In this document: one piece after another, positions 48,964 to 58,581 of the stretch
Position numbering within the stretch: the first letter of the stretch is position 1
Layout of the letters: every line of letters starts with the position of its first letter
Assembly: GCA_963801165.1 (NCBI GenBank)
Contig: CAWDDT010000005.1
Coordinates: 192,001 to 256,000, forward strand
DNA: 64,000 bases
Direction: 5' to 3'
Origin: an uncultured bacterium
Lineage (GTDB): Bacteria; Actinomycetota; Acidimicrobiia; Spongiisociales; UBA5794
Position numbers and translations under genes: made by a program
Notes under the pieces: model-generated
The model's database searches: none
Seen by the model: only the letters and a program-made list of their open reading frames with translations
What the model was told of the DNA's origin: nothing

Positions 48964-49830
48964 CTAGCCCCTAGGCGATACGACCGCGCATTGCCTTGCG
49001 AACTCGAAACCGACGGAGGTGTATAGCGTGCTCGATGCCGGGTTGTCCGGGTCCCAGGCGATCTTGATGTGATCTGCACCTGCGTCGGCAAGCAGGTTGA
49101 TCCCGGTTGTCAGCACATGGCGCGCAAGCCCGCGGCGCTGGTGGTCGTCCTCGGTGCGCATAGGCTCGACGAGACCCGTTGCGGTTTCGGGATCGAACCA
49201 GAACAACCCGTACGCCGCAGGTCTGTCGCAACCATCGAGAACCACGAGGTCGAGATCAGCTCGATAGAGCGACGTCTGACGAAGCCGCTCCTCGACGTCG
49301 GGACCATTTCGGAGTCCCATGTGATGAGGATTCGAAAGCGTATCGAGGCGCGTCGCGAGCCGGTAATCCGGGTGCAGTGTGCTGATCACCGGCCGATCGG
49401 CGGCGGCGAGCCATGAGTCGACGCCCACGTCCTTCGTGGTCGTGAAGCCGTGCCCCGCCAGCGCCTCGGTCATGACGTCGTCTGCGCGGTCGATCACGAT
49501 GTCGACCGCATCAAATCCTGACTCGCTCGCATGAGCGAGGCCACTCTCGACGACATGAGCAACCCGGTCAGGGCTTGCGTCTGGCATGACAATGGGATCG
49601 AGACCGATCGAATCGCCCCAATCGGTTGCGATCACGGCCGCTTCTGGTCGGCCGGCGTCGTCGAGCCAGAAGAGCTGTGGAACACTGTCGGTAGACCGGG
49701 GTTTGCGCCACCACCATTGATAGTCCGCAGCCTCATATACACCCACCGTCGGATGCGCAGTGCGCACGCGCTGCAGAAGGGTCGTCACCCCTTCGAGATA
49801 TCGAATGCCAACCCGGTGCTCTTCGCGCAT
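48964..49830 (-). CDS. GNAT family acetyltransferase
   Basis: VEPMRT..HQRRGLA...LYTSVGF. Confidence 0.85.
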   Translation of the reverse strand: MREEHRVGIRYLEGVTTLLQRVRTAHPTVGVYEAADYQWWWRKPRSTDSVPQLFWLDDAGRPEAAVIATDWGDSIGLDPIVMPDASPDRVAHVVESGLAHASESGFDAVDIVIDRADDVMTEALAGHGFTTTKDVGVDSWLAAADRPVISTLHPDYRLATRLDTLSNPHHMGLRNGPDVEERLRQTSLYRADLDLVVLDGCDRPAAYGLFWFDPETATGLVEPMRTEDDHQRRGLARHVLTTGINLLADAGADHIKIAWDPDNPASSTLYTSVGFEFARQCAVVSPRG

Positions 49831-49856
49831 CCTCGCAGCCTATCAAGGCGGACCGA

Positions 49857-50357
49857 TCAGCAACTGCCGCCCTCGGCCGAGGCCTTGATCCCGGCGAGAA
49901 CGGCCTCCATGTTCTTCCGCCACTCGCCGAGACGAGCGGAAACGATCTGCTCTTCCATCTCCGGATTGTGGTGTATGAGCAGGGTCACGCCGGATCGGCC
50001 GGGCCCCATCTCAGCCCGCATGGCGACCCTCATTCCACCCTCTGCAAGCGGCTCGATGTCGTAGCGCCAGCGGGCACCGGGCGAGGCGGGATCCCCCACC
50101 AGATAGCCAAAGGACCGCTTCGGATCAAACACGTCCACCGTGCTGATCGTTTCCCACTCGCCGATGAAAGCGTTGCTGTTGCGGCCGACGAACCGCGCCC
50201 CGAGCGCCGGGCCGGCGTCCAGCCATTCACCCCCCTGAAACTCGTCTGAGAAACACGAAGGGAAGTTGACGTCGGTGATCAGTGGCCAGATCCGCTCGGG
50301 CGGGGCGTTGACCACGACACTCGTCTCGACAGTCGGCAGGTCGGCGAAGCGAGCCAC
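49857..50357 (-). CDS. SRPBCC family protein
   Basis: VNAPPERIW...GARFVGRN...LAGIKASAE. Confidence 0.85.
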   Translation of the reverse strand: MARFADLPTVETSVVVNAPPERIWPLITDVNFPSCFSDEFQGGEWLDAGPALGARFVGRNSNAFIGEWETISTVDVFDPKRSFGYLVGDPASPGARWRYDIEPLAEGGMRVAMRAEMGPGRSGVTLLIHHNPEMEEQIVSARLGEWRKNMEAVLAGIKASAEGGSC

Positions 50358-50388
50358 GATGTCAGACTACCGCCACCGGAACCGTGCG

Positions 50389-51879
50389 TCAGATGCGCCG
50401 CTGCCGGAGACCGCCTTCTGGTCGTCCCGGCCCGGGTGTGAAGATGCCGGCGACAGCACCGGCCAGGGCGACGATCACCATCCAGTCGCCGAGCCTCGTG
50501 TAGAGGGTTGGCCCCGCGGCGCGGTAGTGCACTTCACCGTAGATGACCTTCTCTTCGAGAAGATCGGTCTTCTCCCCTACGTCGCCTTCGGCGGTGATGA
50601 ACGTCGACCTTCCTGTGATCGCCGCCAGGATGAGATCCTGACCCACCGCGGCCGCGTTCACCCGAGCCATCTCGATCAACTGATCCGATGCCGGAGCATC
50701 TGGACCGTAACTGCTCTCGTTGGTGGCAATCACCAGCAGCTGAGAGCCGGCCCTGGCCTCGTCACGTATGTTGCGGCTGAACGCTCCTTCGAACGAGATG
50801 ACCGAGCCGAGCACGCCGTGTTCTGGAATCTGAAAGACGACCGGCTCAGTACCGGGGATCATGTCCCGCGGCACCTGGTCGAGCTGAGGGATGAAGCTGA
50901 ACAGATCCCGGAGCGGCACGAACTCCCCAAACGGCACCGGATGACGTTTGTCGTACCGGCCCACCTCAGTTGCGAATCGCGAGTAAACGATGTTGGTGTT
51001 GACAAACGACTTCTCATCCACGACGTGGGTGCCACTTACGAGCATGTATGCCCGGAGACGCTGCGCCTCCACCTCGAGTTCCCGCTCGACATCCGGATTC
51101 CCGATCGGGTCGAACGGCGAGCCAAACGAGTTCTCCCCCCACACAACCAGATCGACGGTGTCCCTGGGTATCTGCCGGGTCAGCGCCAGATGCTGCTCGT
51201 AGATCCGCTGGTTCTCGTTCTGGCAATGCGTCTGTGGGCAGGGGGTACTCCCCTGGACGATGGCGGCGTTGACGACCGGGCCGTCGGCGTGCGGGGGAAA
51301 CAGGACACCGGCCATGACCAGGAGCAGGGCAACCACGGCGGGATCGACGAGCAGACGCCAATTGCTCGTATCTTCGATGACCAGCGTGATTCCTGCGGCG
51401 ATCCCTGCAGCTAGAACGGTCCACCCGGTCGGTCCGATCCACTGCACCGACCCGATGAATCCCGGATTGCCGGCGGCAGCGTACCCGAGCGAACCCCAGG
51501 GGAAGCCACCCCAGGGGAAGTAGCTCTTGACCAGCTCCCAAAGCGTCCAGCCACCGACTGCCACTATCCACCAACGTGCCGCCGGCCAGCCCCGGAACGA
51601 CCAGACGAGCAGACCGTATGCCGCGGAAAGCGTCCCGAGCCAAAGCGTCAGCGGGATCCAGGCCACCATGCCGAGAACACCGATCCACGAGAGCAGGAGC
51701 CCGAAGAAGACGGCTCCGTAGACAAAGCCGACGGCTATGGCAGTGGCCGCTGATTCCGCACGCCGCAGACCCCACAACAACGGGACCGGGGCGATGAAGG
51801 CCAGGATCCCGATGTCGAATGGCGGAAAGGAGAGCCACATCAAGATGGCCCCGCCGAGCGCGGCAGTGTAAGGAATCAT
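50389..51879 (-). CDS. lnt: Apolipoprotein N-acyltransferase
   Basis: FPWGGFPWG, VWGEN, YDKRHPVPFGE and VISFEGAF (the usual catalytic Cys appears as Ser). Confidence 0.88.
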   Translation of the reverse strand: MIPYTAALGGAILMWLSFPPFDIGILAFIAPVPLLWGLRRAESAATAIAVGFVYGAVFFGLLLSWIGVLGMVAWIPLTLWLGTLSAAYGLLVWSFRGWPAARWWIVAVGGWTLWELVKSYFPWGGFPWGSLGYAAAGNPGFIGSVQWIGPTGWTVLAAGIAAGITLVIEDTSNWRLLVDPAVVALLLVMAGVLFPPHADGPVVNAAIVQGSTPCPQTHCQNENQRIYEQHLALTRQIPRDTVDLVVWGENSFGSPFDPIGNPDVERELEVEAQRLRAYMLVSGTHVVDEKSFVNTNIVYSRFATEVGRYDKRHPVPFGEFVPLRDLFSFIPQLDQVPRDMIPGTEPVVFQIPEHGVLGSVISFEGAFSRNIRDEARAGSQLLVIATNESSYGPDAPASDQLIEMARVNAAAVGQDLILAAITGRSTFITAEGDVGEKTDLLEEKVIYGEVHYRAAGPTLYTRLGDWMVIVALAGAVAGIFTPGPGRPEGGLRQRRI

Positions 51880-51961
51880 CGAATCAGGGAGAGTAGCCAC
51901 GGATCTTCGTTGTGCGGCGGGAAGACGGATAGAGAGGGCCCCGTGCCGTAGGCTGCCGCCC

Positions 51962-52750
51962 ATGAATGACCTGGAACTGGCTCTCGCCGCAGCCGCCGCG
52001 GGAGCGGCCATCGTCCGCGATGGATTCGACAGCACGCACACCATCGAACAGAAGGGCAGGCTCGATCCCGTCACCGAGATCGATCGGGCCTCGGAGGCGG
52101 CGATAGTCGCGCTGCTGGACGAGCATCGCCCCGAGGATGGCTTGCTCGGCGAGGAAGGGAGTACCCGCGAGTCGACCGGTCGGCGCTGGATCATCGACCC
52201 GCTCGACGGCACCGTCAACTTCATCCATCGCATACCCCAGGTGGGGATATCGGTGGCTTTGTGGGATGGAGACGAGCCGCTGGTGGGGGTGGTGGTCGAT
52301 GCCATCCGGGGCGAGGTGTTCGCCGCGGCCCGCGGCCGGGGAGCCACCCGCAACGGCGAGCAGATCGGGGTCTCCTCGACCTCAGAACTGCATCGGTCCG
52401 TGATCGTCACCGGCTTCCCGTACGATCACGACCGCTACGCAGCCGAATACGCGAGGGCTCTGGCTGCGGTGCTGGCGCAGGTGAACGGCATTCGCCGGCT
52501 CGGCAGTGCTGCGCTCGATTTCTGCTGGGTCGCCTGCGGCCGGTTCGACGGTTATTGGGAGTACTCGATCGGCCCGTGGGACGCAGCCGCGGGTGTGCTC
52601 ATCGCCGCCGAGGCGGGAGCGACCGTCACCGACGTCCACGGGAGACGCCCGACCAGGTCACTGCGACACGTCCTCGCCGCCAACCCGACGGTGCACGGGC
52701 AATTGCGCGAGATTCTCGAGCCGCTCATTCCCGAGCACGTCGACGGCTGA
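51962..52750 (+). CDS. Inositol monophosphatase family protein (SuhB-like)
   Basis: GEE, WIIDPLDGTVNF, RRLGSAALD and WDAAAG motifs. Confidence 0.93.
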   Translation: MNDLELALAAAAAGAAIVRDGFDSTHTIEQKGRLDPVTEIDRASEAAIVALLDEHRPEDGLLGEEGSTRESTGRRWIIDPLDGTVNFIHRIPQVGISVALWDGDEPLVGVVVDAIRGEVFAAARGRGATRNGEQIGVSSTSELHRSVIVTGFPYDHDRYAAEYARALAAVLAQVNGIRRLGSAALDFCWVACGRFDGYWEYSIGPWDAAAGVLIAAEAGATVTDVHGRRPTRSLRHVLAANPTVHGQLREILEPLIPEHVDG

Positions 52751-52768
52751 CCGCATAGGATCACGTGG

Positions 52769-54334
52769 GTGGCATTGCAGCTCTTTTCGGCACGGGCCGT
52801 CCGGACGGCCGACGGGGTCCCCGGCAACGCGGTTCTGGTCAGTGACGGTCTCATAGTCGCGGTGGGCAGCCGGGAGAGCCTCCCCGGCGATCATTCGGAG
52901 CGACGCTTCAGCGATGGGTTCCTTCTGCCCGGAATGCGGGATGCCCATCTTCATCCGGTGGCATATGCCGCGGCGCTGCGCGGGACCACACTCGCCACGT
53001 CTGCGGACTTTGCCGAGATCAGCGCCCGGCTCGCACACGCCGCGCGAGCGCGGCCGGATGCGCCCATAATCGGGATGCGTCTCAACGAGGAGACTCTCAC
53101 CGAGCGGAAGCTGCCAAACCGGGAGGTACTCGACCAAGGTGCCGGAAGTATCCCGGCGTTGGTGCACCGCTACTGCGGGCACGTCGCCATCGCCAGCAGT
53201 GCTGCCCTTGCGCTTGCCGGGATCACTGCGGACACACTGGACCCCGCAGGCGGCATTATCGACCGCGATGGTGACGGCAACCCGACCGGGGTGCTCCGGG
53301 AAACCGCCATCGAGCTCGTTGCCGAGCGGCTCGGCGCAGGCAACGAGGTGACGGACGACGAGCTCCTCGATGCCCTGTACCGCCTCGCCGGCACCGGGGT
53401 GACTTCCGTCGGAGCGATGCTGCGGACGGGGGCCGGCGCCTGGGCAAGCCTCGGCAACGAGGTCGACATCGCCATCGCTGCGGCCGACCGAGCCCCGATC
53501 AAGCTCGGGGCCTACGTCATCGAGGAGAGCGCGGCCGTGGTCGCGGCGACCAAGCAGAAGATCGACGTTGCGCCCGACCGCCTCCGCTGGCTCGGGATCA
53601 AGCGGTTTGGAGACGGCAGCTTCGGCGGCCACACCGCGGCGTTGCACGAGCCCTTTGCCGACGTGGCGACCAAGGGCACGCTCCGTTTGACGCGCGTCGA
53701 CAAGGAGATCGCCGAGGCGGCGTTGGAGCTGGGTGGCGGCGCCGCGATACACGCCATCGGCGATCGTGCCTGTGAGGCGGTCATCGACATGTTCGGCCAG
53801 TTGATTCTGCACGGGGCCCCTCCGGAGCGGCTACGGATCGAGCACGCCTCGGTTTTGACTGCCGACGAGGTCGACCGGATGGCACGCTACGGGATCGTTG
53901 TCGTGGTCCAGCCGCCGTTCCTGGGCTCTGAGGCCGGGTGGCTGGTGGACCGTCTCGGCGAGCAGCGGCTTCGGCGCACCTACCCGTTCGCCACATTGGA
54001 GGCCGCCGGCATCCCGCTGGCGGGGAGCTCCGACTGTCCTGTCGAGCCACCCGATCCGTGGGCGGGTATGGCCCTGGCCCGGGATCGTGCCGGCATGGTG
54101 CCCGAGGAAGGTCTCAGCGCCGAACAGGCTCTGGCCATGTACACGACGGGCGCCGCCAGGGCGCTCGGCGAGCCTCCCCCACTCGCCATCGGTAGCCCCG
54201 CCGACTTCATCATCGTCGACCGCGACCCGATGGCCGTCACCCCGGACGAGCTCAGAGCAACCGGGGTCATCGCCACCTTCGTCGACGGCGAGGAAGTCGA
54301 AGTAGACGGATCAAAACCTCTCTGGCTGGACTGA
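52769..54334 (+). CDS. Amidohydrolase 3 family protein (YtcJ-like)
   Basis: PGMRDAHLH, GH, DGSFGGHTA, HAIGD, RIEH and SSDCP motifs. Confidence 0.9.
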   Translation: MALQLFSARAVRTADGVPGNAVLVSDGLIVAVGSRESLPGDHSERRFSDGFLLPGMRDAHLHPVAYAAALRGTTLATSADFAEISARLAHAARARPDAPIIGMRLNEETLTERKLPNREVLDQGAGSIPALVHRYCGHVAIASSAALALAGITADTLDPAGGIIDRDGDGNPTGVLRETAIELVAERLGAGNEVTDDELLDALYRLAGTGVTSVGAMLRTGAGAWASLGNEVDIAIAAADRAPIKLGAYVIEESAAVVAATKQKIDVAPDRLRWLGIKRFGDGSFGGHTAALHEPFADVATKGTLRLTRVDKEIAEAALELGGGAAIHAIGDRACEAVIDMFGQLILHGAPPERLRIEHASVLTADEVDRMARYGIVVVVQPPFLGSEAGWLVDRLGEQRLRRTYPFATLEAAGIPLAGSSDCPVEPPDPWAGMALARDRAGMVPEEGLSAEQALAMYTTGAARALGEPPPLAIGSPADFIIVDRDPMAVTPDELRATGVIATFVDGEEVEVDGSKPLWLD

Positions 54335-54384
54335 CAACCGCTCGCTATCGGTCCCCGCCCGAGCGAAGAGCGAAGCTCGGGCGG

Positions 54385-54516
54385 CTAGATCTTCGAGACG
54401 AGGGAGAGGGCGGAGGCGCAATCGGAGCAGAGATATCCGTCGATCGTGAATCGGGCCTCAGCATCGGCGGGCTGACCACAGAAACCACAAAGCATGGCGA
54501 CAAAGTCCTCCGCCAT
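54385..54516 (-). CDS. Small C4 zinc-finger protein (ClpX-type zinc-finger-like)
   Basis: CGFCG-x15-CSDC, i.e. CxxC-x16-CxxC. Alternative start at 54585. Confidence 0.5.
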   Translation of the reverse strand: MAEDFVAMLCGFCGQPADAEARFTIDGYLCSDCASALSLVSKI

Positions 54517-54629
54517 CGAGAGGAAGGGCCCGTCACCTCGAAATAGATCGCCGACGAGGACGGCGCTGCTGGTCCCGTTGTTCATGAGTGACGTCAGCTT
54601 ACCCAGCGCCGGGGCGCTACTGGAAAAGC

Positions 54630-55472
54630 TCAGCGCTGGGTTTCCGGGTCATGATCGCTGGGATTGGCGTCGGTGTGAATCGTCCGCTGCATGTGCGTGT
54701 GCCGCCCGGGGATCGGTATGTGTGCCGGGTCGTCGATGAACATCGTCCCTTCGTCTACGTGCAGCAGCGCATGGCCGTAGGCCGCAACCAGGTTCTCACG
54801 CGTGAGGATCTCGCCGGGAGGGCCTGCCGCGACCACCTTTCCTGAGAGAAGGACAACGAAGTCGGCGACGCTCGCCTCCGAAAGGTCATGTGTGGTCATG
54901 ATTACGGTGCACCCCTGATTGCGCTCGTCGTGGATGACCTCGTCGATCGCCTGAGCCGTGGGCAGGTCGATCCCGGTGAGCGGCTCATCGAGCATGAGGA
55001 TCGCGTGATCCTGAGCGAGACCCTGGGCCACAAAGACACGTTGCCGCTGCCCGCCGGACAGCTCGTGGAGATGTCTGCTGGCCAGTGGCTCGATCCCGGT
55101 GCGGTGCATGGCGGCGGCAACCGCCTGCCGATCGTCGGCCGTGAGCCTCCCGTAGAGGCCCAGCCCCGGATATCTCCCCATCGCCACGACCTCTCGTACC
55201 GTGATCGGCAGAGCATCGTTCACCTTCGTCGTCTGCAGGACGTAGGCGATGCGTCGCATGCCGTTCCGCCTCGCCGGAACATCTAGCGATCCTGCCAGCG
55301 GTTCGAGCAAGCCGGCAATCGCATTGAGCATGGTCGACTTGCCGGAGCCGTTGGGACCGATGACGGCGGTCACCGACCCCGCCGGGATCGCAAACGTGCT
55401 CGCATCGACTGCCACCTTGCCGGGATAGCCGAGCACGAGACGCTCGGCGATCACCGCCGATTTCAGCGACAT
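54630..55472 (-). CDS. Zn/Mn ABC transporter ATP-binding protein (AztA/ZnuC-like) with His-rich tail
   Basis: GPNGSGKST, LSGGQRQR, LDEP and TTHDL motifs. Confidence 0.9.
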   Translation of the reverse strand: MSLKSAVIAERLVLGYPGKVAVDASTFAIPAGSVTAVIGPNGSGKSTMLNAIAGLLEPLAGSLDVPARRNGMRRIAYVLQTTKVNDALPITVREVVAMGRYPGLGLYGRLTADDRQAVAAAMHRTGIEPLASRHLHELSGGQRQRVFVAQGLAQDHAILMLDEPLTGIDLPTAQAIDEVIHDERNQGCTVIMTTHDLSEASVADFVVLLSGKVVAAGPPGEILTRENLVAAYGHALLHVDEGTMFIDDPAHIPIPGRHTHMQRTIHTDANPSDHDPETQR

Positions 55473-55903
55473 CTCCGGCACCGCCCTTCGATCTCCAGAA
55501 CATGGCTCGTCGGCGAGAACGACGCCAGATCGGAGATCTCGGTGACGACGGCGTGGACCCGTTGCTCGACCCCGCGGGGCACGTCTATGTCCTCGACCGC
55601 ACCACACTCGAGACAGACGAAATGGTGGTGGTGTCCGGTGATCCACTCAGCCAGCTCGTACCGGGTGAGCCCGCGGGCGCCAAAATGGGGGGCGATCACG
55701 TCGGCGTCCTCGAGAACTGCGAGAGTCCTGTATATCGAGGACAGCGGCACCTCGGAACCAACGATCTGGTGCAGCTCCGCGGCCGATTGGGGGCCGGCGG
55801 CGTCGGCAAGCGCGTGCACGACCGCCCGGCGTCCTCTTGTGTAGCGAACGTCGTTTCGCCCGAGACGCTGCTCCACATCCCTATCGAGGCTCGACATCGC
55901 CAT
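55463..55903 (-). CDS. zur: Fur-family regulator, probably Zur
   Basis: SSIYRTL, HHHHFVCLECG and CRRC motifs. Adjacent Zur box and zinc ABC genes. Confidence 0.75.
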   Translation of the reverse strand: MAMSSLDRDVEQRLGRNDVRYTRGRRAVVHALADAAGPQSAAELHQIVGSEVPLSSIYRTLAVLEDADVIAPHFGARGLTRYELAEWITGHHHHFVCLECGAVEDIDVPRGVEQRVHAVVTEISDLASFSPTSHVLEIEGRCRRCR

Positions 55904-55913
55904 TGGGTGAACT

Positions 55914-55934
55914 TTCTGATTATGATTATCAATA
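55914..55934. promoter_or_regulatory. Zur box in the divergent zur-aztA / aztB promoter
   Basis: Minus strand TATTGATAATCATAATCAGAA resembles the actinobacterial Zur consensus TATTGAAAATnATTTTCAATA. Confidence 0.8.
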
Positions 55935-55962
55935 CTGATCATAGTCGAGACGAGGCCCAAAC

Positions 55963-56805
55963 ATGGACTGGCTGACCACACCATTCGAGTTGGCGTTCCA
56001 GCAACGTGCGTTGATCGGCGGGTCGCTGGCGGCGATCGCGCTGGCGGTCGTCGGCACGTGGGTAGTCATCCGCGGCATGACTTTTCTCGGCGACGCGCTC
56101 GTCCACGGTGTGATACCGGGTATCGCTCTGGCGATCCTGCTCGGCTTCAACGTGATGATCGGGGCCTTGCTTGCAGCAGTGGTGATGATCTTCGGCATAA
56201 ACCTCGTCCACCACCAGACCACTTTCGCCGAGGACACCGGGATCGGTTTGCTGTTTGTCGGCATGCTCGGTACCGGGGTGATCCTCATCTCGCGCACCGA
56301 CTCGTACACGGGGAGCCTCACCGGGATTCTCTTCGGTGACGCGCTCGGCGTGAGCCCCGGCGACGTGTGGATGCTCAGCGCTATCGCACTCGTCGCCGTG
56401 GCCGCCACCGCCCTCTTGTACCGCCCGTTTCTGGTGCTGTCGTTCAACGATCACAAGGCCCGGCTGCTCGGCATGCGGCCTCGTCTCGCCCATGCGGCCC
56501 TGCTGGGTCTGATCATGGTGACCATCGTCGGCTCGTTTCAGACTGTGGGCACGCTGCTTGTCTTCGGCCTGCTGGTGGGACCACCCGCCACTGCCGCCCT
56601 GCTGGTGCGCAGGGTGCCTTCGATGATGGTGACCGCCGCCGCGATCGGTGTGCTGTCGGTGGCGTCGGGCCTAGTCATCAGCTACCACGCCAACACGTCG
56701 GGGTCGGCAACGATGGCGGTCGTTCCCATCGTTCTGTTCTTCGTCGTCCTGACGGTGCGGCGGCTCCTCGAGCGGTGGCGCAGACCCTCGCTGGTCCGGG
56801 GCTAA
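55963..56805 (+). CDS. aztB: Zinc ABC transporter permease (AztB/ZnuB-like)
   Basis: MDWLTTPFE..FQQRAL, GDALVHGVIPG, DTGIGLLFVGM and ILFGD motifs. Confidence 0.82.
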   Translation: MDWLTTPFELAFQQRALIGGSLAAIALAVVGTWVVIRGMTFLGDALVHGVIPGIALAILLGFNVMIGALLAAVVMIFGINLVHHQTTFAEDTGIGLLFVGMLGTGVILISRTDSYTGSLTGILFGDALGVSPGDVWMLSAIALVAVAATALLYRPFLVLSFNDHKARLLGMRPRLAHAALLGLIMVTIVGSFQTVGTLLVFGLLVGPPATAALLVRRVPSMMVTAAAIGVLSVASGLVISYHANTSGSATMAVVPIVLFFVVLTVRRLLERWRRPSLVRG

Positions 56806-56817
56806 TCAGCGCACTTT

Positions 56818-57081
56818 CTAGTCGTTCGTCTTCGCGGAGTCGGTGACATCCCTCGTGATAGAGATCGTGCACTCGGTCACCAGAGCCGCAACCGCTCCTA
56901 TGGCGGCAGCAACGGGGGCGAACAACGCTCCGACAACGCCGATCGTGAGGGGGATCTCGAGCAACGTCCTGCCTTCCGAGTTCTTGATCGTGACCCTGCG
57001 CACATTGCCTTCTGCGATCAGCTCTCTGATACGCCTGAGCAGATCATCTCCCTTTACCGCGAATTCCTCTGTCTGATCCAC
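56818..57081 (-). CDS. DUF4342 domain protein
   Basis: TEEF-x-VKG...ELIAEGNVRRV..LLEIPLTIG. AAGGAG RBS before GTG 57081. Confidence 0.85.
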   Translation of the reverse strand: MDQTEEFAVKGDDLLRRIRELIAEGNVRRVTIKNSEGRTLLEIPLTIGVVGALFAPVAAAIGAVAALVTECTISITRDVTDSAKTND

Positions 57082-57187
57082 CGAGACTCCTTGTCGACAT
57101 CGGTGACAGCATCGCACAACCCGCCTCGCACTACCACCCGCGCCAACCCGGCGCTAGCGTCCCATCTCGCCAGGACAAGGAGGATCA

Positions 57188-57577
57188 ATGCCTGCCACCA
57201 TTCCCGACGACGTGCGTGCCATGCTCACCGAGCCCATCTTCTTCCACGCCGCCACGATCAACCCCGATGGATCGCCACAGCTTTCGGTGATCTGGGCCGA
57301 CCTCGACGGTGATCTGGTTCGCTTCAGCACGGCAGAGGGCCGGGCGAAGCCGCGCAACCTGCGCCGGGACCCGCGTATCGCCATCTCGTTCACAGCCCCC
57401 GACAACCTCTACCGCAACATCGTTCTACAGGGTCGCGCCGTCGAGATCGAGAACCGGGGGATGGATCTCATCGACCACATGGCTCGGAAGTACACGGGCG
57501 ACGATCGCTACCAGTGGGCTCGTCCCGGCGACGTACGGGTGGACGTCGCAGTGGAGATCGACCGGATCAGCGGGTGA
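57188..57577 (+). CDS. PPOX-class F420-dependent oxidoreductase
   Basis: ATINPDGSPQLSVIW...RAKPRNLRRDPRI. Confidence 0.88.
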   Translation: MPATIPDDVRAMLTEPIFFHAATINPDGSPQLSVIWADLDGDLVRFSTAEGRAKPRNLRRDPRIAISFTAPDNLYRNIVLQGRAVEIENRGMDLIDHMARKYTGDDRYQWARPGDVRVDVAVEIDRISG

Positions 57578-57627
57578 CGGCTGCTGAGTTGGGACGCCTG
57601 CCGGCTCGAGCGTTATCGTCGTAGCCC

Positions 57628-58506
57628 ATGACGCGATTTGCTGCCATCGAAGCCGGCGGGACGAAGTTCCGGGTCGCCATTGCCGAGGATCAGCTCATCG
57701 TCGCCGACACGACCATTGCGACCACGCTGCCCGACGAGACAATTACAGCGACGATCGACTTCATCCAGGCAAACGAGCCCGTCGCCGCAGCCGGGATTGC
57801 CGCTTTCGGGCCGCTCGACATGGACCCGGCGTCGCCCGGCTACGGGTCGATAACGGCGACACCCAAGCCCGGCTGGAGCGATACCCCCATACTCACCCGA
57901 TTCAGCGACGCGCTCGGCATCCCCGTCGCCATCGATGTCGACGTTGGTGGAGCCGCCCTCGGCGAGTGGAGATGGGGTGCCGCTCGAGGCTTGGAGCACT
58001 TCGTATACCTCACTATCGGTACCGGGATCGGCGGCGGCGCCTTCCTCAATGGGAAGGTACACCACGGTATGGGCCACCCCGAGATGGGTCACGTGGTCCT
58101 CGAGCGCGTCCCCGGCGACGGCTACCCGGGACATTGCCCGTTCCACGGCGCCTGTTTCGAGGGCATGGCGTCGGGCCCCGCCATCGAGGATCGATGGGGG
58201 GCAAAGGGTGTCGATCTGGCCGGTCGCGACGAGGTCTGGGACCTGGAGGCGACCTACCTGGCGCAGGCGTTGCGCACCTTCACCTACGTCGTTGCCCCGG
58301 AGCGTATTGTCATTGGCGGTGGTGTGATGCAGGTGCCCGGCCTGATCGAACGGCTCCGTGCCAAGCTCGTTGAGCAGATCGCAGGCTATGCGACGTCGCA
58401 GATCGGTACCGGCAACCTCGACGACTACGTCGTCTACCCCGAACTCGACCAGGATGCCGGCCTCTACGGGGCCATCGCCCTCGCCATGCAAGCGCACGGG
58501 ACCTGA
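57628..58506 (+). CDS. ROK family fructokinase
   Basis: IEAGGTKF, TPKPGW, TIGTGIGGG, HPEMGH and CPFHGACFEGMASG motifs. Confidence 0.9.
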   Translation: MTRFAAIEAGGTKFRVAIAEDQLIVADTTIATTLPDETITATIDFIQANEPVAAAGIAAFGPLDMDPASPGYGSITATPKPGWSDTPILTRFSDALGIPVAIDVDVGGAALGEWRWGAARGLEHFVYLTIGTGIGGGAFLNGKVHHGMGHPEMGHVVLERVPGDGYPGHCPFHGACFEGMASGPAIEDRWGAKGVDLAGRDEVWDLEATYLAQALRTFTYVVAPERIVIGGGVMQVPGLIERLRAKLVEQIAGYATSQIGTGNLDDYVVYPELDQDAGLYGAIALAMQAHGT

Positions 58507-58581
58507 CCCGGGGCCGGTCCTTCAACTTCCGGCGTATACCACGCCGACATCCCGGCACCACGTACGCAAGAAGCGGGAGCG

